Source of the DNA: Mobula hypostoma
Taxonomy: Eukaryota
Assembly (NCBI RefSeq): GCF_963921235.1
Contig: NC_086097.1
Span: 992,001-1,056,000, forward strand
Reading direction: 5' to 3'
Length of the DNA: 64,000 nt
Shown: positions 41,521 through 52,726 of the stretch, piece after piece
How positions within the stretch are numbered: the stretch's first letter is position 1
Layout: every line of letters begins with the position of its first letter
The notes under the pieces: generated by a model
Told to the model about the DNA's origin: nothing
Seen by the model: only the letters and a program-made list of their open reading frames with translations
The model's database searches: none
Translations under genes and position numbers: made by a program

Positions 41521-43768
41521 TAAGGCATTCTTCAATTATGTAAAGAAAAAAAGGATGACAGGAGTGAAGGTAGGACCGATTAGAGATAAAGGTGGGAAGA
41601 TGTGCCTGGAGGCTGTGGAAGTGAGCGAGGTCCTCAATGAATACTTCTCTTCGGTATTCACCAATGAGAGGGAACTTGATGATGGTGAGGACAATATGAG
41701 TGAGGTTGATGTTCTGGAGCATGCTGATATTAAGGGAGAGGAGGTGTTGGAGTTGTTAAAATACATTAGGACAGATAAGTCCCCGGGGCCTGATGGAATA
41801 TTCCCCAGGCTGCTCCACGAGGCGAGAAGAGATTGCTGAGCCACTGGCGAGGATCTTTATGTCCTCGTTGTTCACGGGAATGGTACCGGAGGATTTGAGA
41901 AACTCAGTTACAGAGAAAGGTTGAATAGGTTGGGACTTTATTCCCTGGAGCGTAGAAGAATGAGGGGAGATTTGATAGAGGTATATAAAATTATGATGGG
42001 TATAGATAGAGTGAATGCAAGCAGGCTTTTTCCACTGAGGCAAGGGGAGAAAAAAAACCAGAGGACGTGGGTTAAGGATGAGGGGGGAAAAATTTAAAGG
42101 GAACATTAGGGGGGGGCTTCTTCACACAGAGAGTGGTGGGAGTGTGGAATGAGCTGCCAGACGAGGTGGTAAATGCGGGTTCTTTTTTAACATTTAAGAA
42201 TAAATTGGACAGATACATGGATGGGAAGTGTATGGAGGGATATGGTCCATGTGCAGGTCAGTGGGACTACGCAGAAAATGGTTCAGCACAGCCAAGAAGG
42301 GCCAAAAGGCCTGTTTCTGTGCTATAGTTTCTATGGTTTCTATGGTTTGGAGGGAGGCGAATGTTGTTCCCTTGTTCAAAAAAGGTAGTAGGGATAGTCT
42401 GGATAATTATAGACCAGTGAGCCTTACGTCTGTGGTGGGAAAGCTGTTGGAAAAGATTCTCAGAGATAGGATCTATAGGCATTTAGAGAATCATGGTCTG
42501 ATCAGGGAGAGTCAGCATGGCTTCGTGAAGGGCAGATCGTGTCTAACAAGCCTGATAGAGTTCTTTGAGGAGGTGACCAGGCATATAGATGAGGGTAGTG
42601 CAGTGGATGTGATCTATATGGATTATAGTAAGGCATTTGACAAGGTTCCACACGGTAGGCTTATTCAGAAAGTTAGAAGGCATGGGATCCAGGGAAGTTT
42701 GGCCAGGTGGATTCAGAATTGGCTTGCCTGCAGAAGGCTGAGGGTGGTGGTGGAGGGAGTACATTCAGATCAGAGGGTTGGGACTAGTGGTGTCCCACAA
42801 GGATCTGTTCTGGGACCTCTACTTTTCATGATTTTTATTAACGACCTGGATGTGGGGGTAGAAGGGTGGGTTGGCAAGTTTGCAGACGACACAAAGGTTG
42901 GTGGTGTTGTAGATAGTGTAGAGGATTGTCAAAGATTGCAGAGAGACATTGATAGGATGCAGAAGTGGGCTGAGAAGTGGCAGATGGAGATCAACCTGGA
43001 GAAGTGTGAGGTGGTACACTTTGGAAGGACAAACTCCAAGGCAGAGTACAAAGTAAATGGCAGGATACTTGGTAGTGTGGAGGAGCAGAGGGATCTCGGG
43101 GTACGTGTCCACAGATCCCTGAAAGTTGCCTCACAGGTGGATAGGGTAGTTAAGAAAGCTTATGGGGTGTTAGCTTTCATAAGTCGAGGGATAGAGTTTA
43201 AGAGTCGCGATGTAATGATGCAGCTCTATAAAACTCTTAGGCCACTCTTGGAGTACTGTGTCCAGTTCTGGTCACCTCACTATAGGAAGGATGTGGAAGC
43301 ATTGGAAAGGGTACAGAAGAGATTTACCAGGACACTGCCTGTTTTAGAAAGTATGCATTATGATCAGACATTAGGGGAGCTAGGGCTTTACTCTTTGGAG
43401 AGAAGGAGGATGACCGGAGACATGATAGAGGTGTACAAGATAATAAGAGGAATAGATAGAGTGGATAGCCAGCGCCTCTTCCCCAGGGCACCACTGCTCA
43501 ATACAAGAGGACATGGCTTTAAGGTAAGGGGTGGAAAGTTCAAGGGGGATATTAGAGGAAGGTTTTTTACTCAGAGAGTGGTTGGTGCGTGGAATGCACT
43601 GCCTGAATCAGTGGTGGAGGCAGATACACTAGTGAAGGTTAAGAGACTACTAGACAGGTATATGGAGGAATCTAAGGTGGGGGCTTATATGGGAGGCAGG
43701 GTTTGAGGCTCGGCACAACATTGCGGGCCAAAGGTCCTGTACTGTGCTGTAATATTCTATGTTCTATG
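41521..43768 (+). mobile_element. CR1 LINE (family A) RT copy with a family-C 3' end inserted at ~41895-42346
   Basis: ORFs 41444-41839 and 42228-43706; ccggaggatt|…|tggagggaggcg is collinear across the insert. Confidence 0.93.
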
Positions 43769-44427
43769 TAAGTACTTAGAAAGGGTGGCAAAGATTATGG
43801 GGAGAAGGGAGAAAATGGGGTTGGAAGGGAAAATAAATCAGTTATTAAATGGAATATCAGCTTCAATGGGCTGAATGGCCTAATTCTGCTGCTATGTCTT
43901 AGAGCTTCACAGCATTGCAGCACAGAAGCAGGCCCCCCATGCAGTCCATGCAGAACTATTAACCTGCCTAGTTCCATCAACCTGTACCATAGCCCTCCAT
44001 ACCCTTCTCAAACATGTACCTGTCCAAGTTTTCCTTATAACTTTATGTTGCAATCTCTGGGGATTCCTAAAGAACCCATGACCATTTTTAAGCCATCAGT
44101 TTGTTCTCAGTTCACAGTCATTCCCAGTGGCATCAGCAGGCTGAACTTATCTACACAGATACGATAGGGTCCTTTAAGAGACTTTTGCATAGGTACATGG
44201 AGCTTAGAAAAATAGAGGGCTATAGATAAGCCTAGTAATTTCTAAGGTAGCAACATGTTCGGCACAACTTTGTGAGCTGAAGGGCCTGTATTGTGCTGTA
44301 GGTTTTCTATGTTTCTATGTTAGAAGTCCTGTATCGAGCCCCCCGAATGACAGATTGCAGGGACTTGCAGAACGACGTAGCTCCAAGAAAAGAGGATAGG
44401 ACTGGGAGACAGAACTGAACTAGATGA

Positions 44428-45040
44428 AAGAGAAGCAACACACATCAAAGTTGCTGGTGAACGCAGCAGGCCAGGCAGCATCTCTAGGAAGAGGTGCAGT
44501 CGACGTTTCAGGCCGAGACCCTTCGTCAGGACTAACTGAAGGAAGAGTGAGTAAGAGATTTGAAAGTTGGAGGGGGAGGGGGAGGACCAAAATGATAGGA
44601 GAAGACAGGAGGGGGAGGGATGGAGCCAAGAGCTGGACAGGTGATTGGCAAAAGGGATACGAGAGGATCATGGGACAGGAGGTCCGGGAAGAAAGACAGG
44701 GGGTGGGGGGGGGGAAACACAGAGGATGGGCAAGGGGTATATTCAGAGGGACAGAGGGAGAAAAAGGAGAGTGAGAGAAAGAATGTGTGTATAAAAATAA
44801 GTAACAGTTGGGGTACGAGGGGGAGGTGGGGCATTAGCGGAAGTTAGAGAAGTCGATGTTCATGCCATCAGGTTGGAGGCCACCCAGACGGAATATAAGG
44901 TGTTGTTCCTCCAACCTGAGTGTGGCTTCATCTTTACAGTAGAGGAGGCCGTGGATAGACATGTCGGAATGGGAATGGGATGTGGAATTAAAATGTGTGG
45001 CCACTGGGAGATCCTGCTTTCTCTGGCAGACAGAGCGTTT
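44428..45040 (-). mobile_element. Penelope-like element 3' fragment, sense to MLH3
   Basis: Reverse complement of the 14-kb copy; GIY-YIG C-terminus DEATLRLEEQHLIFRLGGLQPDGMNIDFSNFR*. Confidence 0.85.
44498..44533 (-). ncRNA. Minimal type-I hammerhead ribozyme motif of the Penelope pLTR
   Basis: Minus strand reads agtc-CTGACGA-a-gggtctcggcct-GAAA-c-GTC-gact: core boxes, stem I (agtc/gact), stem II, palindromic vestigial stem III and a GUC cleavage triplet. Confidence 0.75.
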
Positions 45041-45249
45041 GCTGATTCAAGCCCCACAAGGTCTATGCATTTGGATAGTGAGTAAAATGGGGATCCCCCT
45101 GTAGTCCCCCTGACACAGCATTCCCCCCCCTCCACTCTAGCTCACAGCTCTGCTCAACTCCCCCCCCCCCACCCCTTCTCACTAGTACTGGGCGAATTCT
45201 GATGCACAGCACTCCTTCGCAGAAAGGAACCCTGTCAGCTGGGACTAAC

Positions 45250-45358
45250 CGCAGAAGTGCAGTCTCGTGCTGGGTGCAGCTTATCTCAATTGGTGGACAT
45301 ACTGTAGAGGTGCACAGCCTCCTATGGCTCGAAGTCCCCGGCACCGTCTCAAAACTAC
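45250..45358 (-). CDS. MLH3: MLH3 coding exon (equivalent to human exon 8), 109 nt, phase 1/2: (x)SFETVPGTSSHRRLCTSTVCPPIEISCTQHETALLR
   Basis: Acceptor ccttctttctgcAG, donor CG|GTtagt. Peptide resembles human [37 protein letters not shown] (recalled). Joins in frame to the next exon (CG+A=Arg). Confidence 0.88.
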
Positions 45359-45416
45359 CTGCAGAAAGAAGGAGCAGTCAGATACTGCAGTGGGCTGCCA
45401 GTCCACATAACCCCAC

Positions 45417-45865
45417 TCAGAATCAGAATCAGGTTTAACATCCACTGGCATATGTCATGAAATTTGTTAATATCAGTAAATATAATAGTTAAGTTAAATA
45501 AAGTAGTGTAAAAAAAAAGAAAAAAAGTGAGGTAGTTTTCATGGGTTCAATGTCCATTCAGAAATCGGAGAGTAGAGGGGAAGAAGCTGTTCCTGAATCG
45601 TTGAGTGTGCCTTCAAGGTTTCGTACATCCTTCCTGATGTAGCAATGAGAAGAGGGCATGTTCTGGGTGATGGGGGTCCTTAATGATGGACACCGCCTTT
45701 TTGAGGCTCTGCTCCTTGAAAGTGTCCTGCAGACTACAGAGCTGAGTAATTTTACAACCCTCTGCAGCTTACTTTGATCCTGTGCAGTAGCCCCCCACCC
45801 CCTCCATATCAGATGGTGATGCAGCTAGTTAGAATGCTTTCCACAGTACATCTGTAGAAATTTGG
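45417..45865 (-). mobile_element. Rex1-like LINE 3' end ~60 nt from an MLH3 acceptor
   Basis: (aatcag)n tail; gggaagaagctgttcctgaa (reverse of FRNSFFP). Confidence 0.7.
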
Positions 45866-46058
45866 GAGAGTACAGCCACAACCCTGAAAAACAACACAAA
45901 ATCTCAATTCAACTCATGGGGAATGTCAACTCGGCAATGAAATATTGGAACTGAATTAGTGGGAATAAAGGGGGCCTATTCTTGTTGGTTGCTGGTGACT
46001 AGTGATGTTCCAGTGGGATTGGTGTTGGGGCGGTTTCTTTTCATGTTACACATCATTG

Positions 46059-46637
46059 GTTCCTTAAGATTGTTACAGCTGGGGGTGGTAATGGGGTCAA
46101 GCTCCATTACTTATTAAATGCTCCCAATAGTATGCACCTCAAATAGCCTCTGACAACCAAGTCCAGCTCTTGGCTTTCATGTGTGGCTTAGCTCCTAAAC
46201 CTGGTGGAAATGTTTCTACTGACAGGAGAAAGGGCAAAGGCTAGTAACTGGCACCTTAAAACCAGTCGCTTTGAACAGACTGGGCTCGTTAGCCATGGTT
46301 GGCAGCTCATCTAGGAGAAGGAAAACTCTGATCTCAAACCTCCGCTGCCTTGCAGCTATACTCATAGGGAAGACTTCGGGAGTAAGCCACAAGGGAAAAA
46401 TCCACAGCTGGAGTCCCCAAGGCAGTTCTACATTGAGTTCAATGTTGAGTGGCAACTCCTGCGACACTGCTGGTACCAAACTGTATTGGCATCCGACGAT
46501 CATTTGGGATCATCAGATGCGTGAAGAAAGCGAGCTTGCTACATGAACAACAGCTTACTCTCCATATTGTACTGCTCAGGCAGCTAGGAGACAATATCCA
46601 TAGTCAACTCTGACTGACAGAGGCCCTCACCTCACCT
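46059..46637 (+). mobile_element. Non-autonomous RTE-like retroelement with a 7-bp TSD and (cctca)n tail
   Basis: TSD atcattg at 46052-58 and 46638-44; catctaggagaaggaaaactctg resembles RTE 5'UTRs (from memory); no RT ORF. Confidence 0.6.
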
Positions 46638-48049
46638 ATCATTGATCTGGATGATGTAATTGATGGCTTTGTGGAGGACACAAAGATAGGTGGAGTGGCA
46701 GGTAGTGTTGAGGAAGCAAGATGTCTGCAGAAGGACTTGGACAGATTGGGAGAATGAATAAAGAATTGGCAGATGGAATATCATGTAGGGAAGTGTATGG
46801 TCATGCACATTGGTAGAAGGAATAAAGGCAGAGGCTATTTTCTAAATGGGGAGAGAATTCAGAAATCAGAGGTGCAAAGGGACTTGGGAGTCCTTGTTCG
46901 TGCAGGACTCCATAAGATGAGGGAGCAGAATTAGGCCATTCAGCCCATTGAGTCCCCTCCACCATCTCATCCTGGCTGATCCCAGATTCCATTCCCCCCA
47001 GACATGAGCCCTCTCACCATAAACCTTGATGCCCTGACCAATCAGGAATCTATCAACTTCCGCTTTGAATATATGGACTTGGGCTCCACCACAGTCTGTG
47101 GCGGAGCATTCCACAGATTCACCACTCTTTGGCTAAAAAAAATTCCTCCTCTGGACTCTCTCCAATGACAATACATCTTTTCTGAGATAAGGGACCCAAA
47201 ACTGTTGACAATACTGTAACTTTGACTCCTCAACTTTTTCTCTCCAGTCCTGATAAAGAGACTTGGCCTGAAATGTTGCCTGTTCTCTTTTCCATAGATG
47301 CTGCCTGGTCTGCTGAGTTCCTCCGGTATTTTGAGTGTGTTGCTCAGGATTCTCCAGCGCAGTCGGACCAATGTTTTACAAAGCCTCTATTACATACTTG
47401 CTTTTATATTCTAGTCCTCTTGAAATGAATGCTAACATCACATTTGCCTTCCTTACTACCAACTCAACCTGCAAGTTAATTTGCCCATCGTGAGCCTGTG
47501 ACCCAAGGAAAACAACAGTGGACTCACTAGCCAATTTATCTAATCTCACAGTCACAGAGGTTACTGGAGAGGCAGAAAAGTCTTTCCCATTCTTGAATTA
47601 ATGTCAGGGGACTGGTGTTTCTGGTCAAGGTGGCACCTGCATACAATGTTCCTTTGGTCGACATCTTCTGGATGGATCATGAAAACATCCCTTTCAATTC
47701 TTTTGTGTGTTTTAAGTTTGTTTCTCGGCTTCAGCCTGTGTTTTGCTGTTTAGAGATTGTTTGGGTGCCTCAGCACTCTGCTGTCTCCAAGAGGATTCCG
47801 GGAGACAGAGGCGGCGTAAGCAAACCTCACGGCGAGAAGGCTACAGGATGGTGCACAAGCTGATGTTTGACCTCATTTTGCCAATTATAGCTTCCATTGT
47901 TCACCGATTAAAGCGACAAGTGTGACTGAAACATCAACGTGAGAGTGGAAGTTTGGAGATTGTTTGGGTGTTCCAGCACTCTATAGTCTTCGAGAGGATT
48001 CTGAAAGGCAGAGGCAGCGCGCGTGAACCGTGTAGTGGGTAGGCTACAT

Positions 48050-49900
48050 TCCATAGGCTTCAATGAGATCACCCCTCATTCTTCTAAATTTTAGTGAAGA
48101 CAGGCCCAGCACCAAAGGCTCATCATATGACAAGCCATTCAATCCTGGAATCATCTTCATGAAATTCCTTTGAACCCTCTCCAGTTTCAGCACATTCTAG
48201 TGTTCTTGAAATGAAAGCTAACTTTGCATTTATCTTCCTACCACAGACACAACCCGCAAATTAACCTTTAGGGAATCCTGCACAAGGACTCCCAAGTTCG
48301 TTTGCAAGTCAGTCTTTTGTATTTACTTGTATCTCCATTTAAAAAATAGTTAACCCTTTCATTTCTTCTACCAAAGACCAATTCTTTTTACGCTATACGA
48401 GCAACGATGCCTCCTCTGCTTTCCTGCCTATCCTTTTGATATAATGTGTATCCTTGAACATTAAGCTCCCAGCTATAATGTTTCAGCTATGATTCTGTGA
48501 TGCCTAGAACATTATACCTGCTAATCTGCAACTGTGCTGCAAGTTCATCTACCTCATTCTGTATAATGTGCACATTCAGATACAATGCCTTCAGTCCTGT
48601 ATACACCCTTTTTGATTTTGTCACACCATGCTCAACCTTTTGATTCCAAACTTTTCTGAGGTCTTACAACCTCTCCACTAACTGTTCTGGCACTCTGGTT
48701 CTCATTCCCCTACAACTGTAGTTGAAGCTCCACCGTGCAGCATTAATAAATGTTCCCACCAGGATATTAATCCCCCTCCAGTTCAGGGGCAAACAATCCC
48801 TTTTGTACAATCCATCTTTGTTGGAAGAGAGCGCAATGATCCAAAAATCTTATGCCCTCCCTCCTACACCTACTCCTTAGTCACGTGTTAAACTGTATAA
48901 TCTTCCTAGTTCTAGCCTCACCAGCACATGGCATGGGTAGCAATCCTGAGATCACAACCCTGCTGCCTTTTAACTTAGCACCCAACTCCCTGAACTCCTC
49001 TGCAGAACCCCATCACTCATTCTGCTCATATCATTGGTATCTACATGGACCATGACTTCTGGCTGTTCACCCTCCCACTTAAGAATTCTGAGGGCATGAT
49101 CTGAGATATCCCAGACCCTGGCACCCAGGAATCTCATTCTTGCCCACAGATCCTTCTGTCCGTTTCCCTAACTATTGAATCTCCTATTACCTCTGCATGC
49201 CTCTTTTTCCCCCTTCCTGTGTGAATCTCAGAAGCAGATTCAGTGCCAGAGACCCAACCACTGTGACTTTCCTCTGTTAGGTCAAACCACCCAACAGTAT
49301 CCAAAGCGATACATCTGTTGCTGGGGGGGGGGGCGGGGAATTGGCCACAGGGGTACACTGCGCTGGCTCCTGAACCCCTGACTGTCAACTCAGTTTCCTG
49401 TGTTCTGCACCTTGAGTGTAACTACCTCTCTATATGTCCTATCTATCACCCCTATCTACCATGTCCTACCTGGAGTTCATCCAGTTCCAGTTCCACCTCC
49501 TTTGCGCGATTTGTTAGAAGCTGCAGATGAATGCATCTCTCGCAGTTGTAGTGGTCAGGGATACTGGAGGTCTCCCTGCCTTTCCACATCCCGCAAGAGG
49601 AGCATTTCACCATCCTGCCTGTCATCTCCACCTAGCTGAGCAGATATAAAGAAGCCAAGTAAAAAACTTGAGCTTTTACTTCCTTTGCTATCTCTGAGTG
49701 AAGCCTCAAAGTGTTAAAGCCTTAAGATCACCACTCTGACTACGTCCACTCAGACAACGGCTACTGCACTTGCCCCAGCCTTCCTTTAACTTGCTCTTAC
49801 TAATTAATCCCAAATGCCGATTGGCCGCTGGTCAAAGTTCTATTACGCTGCTGCAAACTGCTCCTGCCTTTTATCCTCGTGCGGTGGACCTGATTGAATC
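48050..49900 (-). mobile_element. Old CR1 5'UTR-ORF1-ORF2 remnants
   Basis: ORF 49134-49388 VIGDSIVRETDRRICG plus EN/RT fragments. Confidence 0.75.
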
Positions 49901-52359
49901 CTCAGAGCTTTGACCAGCGGCCAATCCGGACATCGGAACTTTGGAGAGGAGGAGACTTCAATCAGGTCCATTGCCCAAGTACAAAAGGCAGCAGCAGGTT
50001 GCTACAGCATTAAAGAGCTTTGACCAATGACCAATTGGCGGCAGGACTACCGAAAGGTTTCGGTTCGGCAGAAACATCAATTGTACTTTTTCTCATTGAT
50101 GCTGCCTGGCCTGCTGAATTCCTTCAGCATTTTGTGTGTGTTGCTCGGATTTCCAGCATCTGCAGATTTTCTCTTGTTTGGCAGAAGAGACACACTATGG
50201 TGATAAGGAATTCATTAGTTAAGAGGATTGGACAGGAGGTTCTGACGGCGAGAACAAGACTCCCACTTGGCATGTTACTTCCTGGGAGCCAGGGACCAGG
50301 TATCTCAGATCAGATCCTCTGCATTCTTAAGTGGGAAGGTGAACAGCCAGAAATCATGGTTCATGTAGGTACCAATGACACAGGTAGGATGAGTGACAAG
50401 GTTCTGCATAGGGAGTTAGGTGCTAAGTTAAAGAAAGGACCTTCTGGGTTGTGACCTCGGGATTGCTACCCATGCTACGTGCTAGTGAGGCTAGAACTAG
50501 GAAGATTATACAATTTAATATGTGGCTATAGGAGGGTGGGCATAATATTTTTGCATCATTGGGCTCTCTTCGAGTGAAGGTGGAACCTGTACAGAAGGAT
50601 GGTTTGCACCTGAACTGGAAGGGGACTAACATCCTAGCAGGAAGGTTTGTTAATGCTGCACAGTGGGGTTTGAACTTGAGTTGCAGCGGGAACCAGAGTG
50701 CTAGAACAGTTCGTGGTAAGATGGTGGGGGCAGATGTTGGTAAGATCTCAGATAAAGATAGGAATCAAAAGGTGCATAGTGCCACTAGAGTTCTGAGCTG
50801 CATATAGTTCCATGCAAGTAGTATTGTAGGAAAGGCAGAAAATAATGTTGCGAATTAAGTAGCTGGTTTACAATCAGAGACAATGTGTAGTGAGGAGAGG
50901 CTTTTGGGTAGAATTGCAGTCAACAGGATGAGTTGCAATGTAAAAGGCGGACAAAATTAAAAATGGTGAATAGAAGACTGAAAGTGTTATATTTGAATGC
51001 ACACAATCAATGAAATAAGGTAGATAATCTTGCAGCAGAGTTGTAGATTGGTATGCATGATGTTGTAGGCATCACTTGTAGTTGCCCTTTCAATACAATG
51101 TGGATCCTTGGACATTAAGCTCCCAGCCATAATCTTCTTTCAGTCATGATTCAATGTCCAAGGATACACATTGCATCTAAAGGACACTCAGGATGACAGA
51201 GGAGGCAGTGCTGTTCTGTTGGTAAAAAGAAAAATGAAATTAAATCATTAGAAAGAGGTGACATAGGATCGGAAGGTGTTGAATCATTGTGAATAGAGCT
51301 AACGAACTGCAAGAATAAAAAGACCCTCATGGGAGTTGTACATAGACCACCAAACAGTAGTAAGGTTGTGGCCTACAACTTACGACGGCAAGGTTATAAT
51401 AGTCATGGAAGACTTTAACATTGGGAAAATCAGGTTGATGTAAAATTTCAGGAGGGGAAATTTCTAGAGAGTCTGAGAGATGGCCTTTTGGAGCAGCTCA
51501 TGGTTGAACCCAATAGGGAATCAAGATCTCTGGATTTGGTGTTGTGCAATGAACCAGAATTAATTAGAAGAGCTTAAGATAAAAGAACCCTTAGGGATAT
51601 GTGATCACAATATAATCGAATTCACCCTGAAATTTGAGGAGACAGAGCTGAGAATGAGCCAGCATGTTTACAGTAGATGATGGATGCAGCATGAATAAGC
51701 CAATGATTGGGTACAAATGTAGACAGAACAAAGAGTAAAATTGTACCAAAGAGGCAAAATTCAGAAGGCTGAAGAATGCAGGAACAAAAGTGCTACAAGT
51801 AGTATTCGGAATAAGGGAGACAATTATAGATTGGTCGGTATGATATTGTGGGCATCTCTGAGTCGCAGCTGAAAGAAGGCCATAGTTGGGAGCTTAACAT
51901 CAAAGGATATAGCTTGTATTCAAAACACAGGCAGGAAGGCATAGGCAGTGGAGCGGCTCTGTTGGTAAGAGATGCAATTACATCTTTAGAAAGAGGTGAC
52001 TTAGGGTCAAAAAGTGCTGAATCTTTGTAGGTTGAGTTAAGAAACGGTAAGGGTAAAAAAAAAATATGGGAATCATATATAGGCCTCCAAATAGTAGCCA
52101 AGATGTGGGTTTGAGACTGCAAATGGAGCTGGAAAAGGCATGTAACAAGGGTAAAACACAATTGTAATGGGGGACTTCAATATGCAAGGGGATTGGGAAA
52201 ATCAGGTTGGTGTCGAATTGCAAGAGAAGGAATTTGTTGAATGCCTACAAGATGGCTTTTAAGAGCAGCTTGTGCTTGAGCATAGTAGGGGAAAGGCTGT
52301 CTTAGATTGGGTGTGTAATAATGCATATTTTAGTAGGCAATGATCATAATATGATTGAA

Positions 52360-52530
52360 CGCAAACACGAGGAAATCTGCAGATGCTGGAATTTCAAGCA
52401 ACACACATAAAAGTTGCTGGTGAATGCAGCAGGCCAGGCAGCATCTCTAGGAAGAGGTACAGTTGACGTTTCGGGCCGAGACCTATTCCTAGAGATGCTG
52501 CCTGGCCTGCTGCGTTCACCAGCAACTTTT
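52360..52530. mobile_element. 171-bp fold-back Penelope pLTR insertion with a 14-bp TSD
   Basis: Arms 52407-52458 and 52481-52532 are reverse complements (2 mismatches); TSD ataatatgattgaa at 52346-59 and 52531-44. Confidence 0.85.
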
Positions 52531-52726
52531 ATAATATGATTGAATTCAAATTGCAATTTGAGAGGGAGAAGCATAAGTCACACGTATCAGTACTGCAATG
52601 GAACAAAGGGAATTACAGAAGCATGAGAGAGGAGCTTGTCCAGGTAGATTGGAGGAGGATACGACGGGGATGACAGCAGAGCAGAGATGGCTGAAGTTTC
52701 TGTGAATAGTTAACAAGCCACAGGAT

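Noticed and set aside
42228..43706. 492-aa ORF as an intact RT gene
   Set aside because: Its start lies in an inserted CR1-C 3' end fused to a truncated CR1-A; no endonuclease or ORF1.
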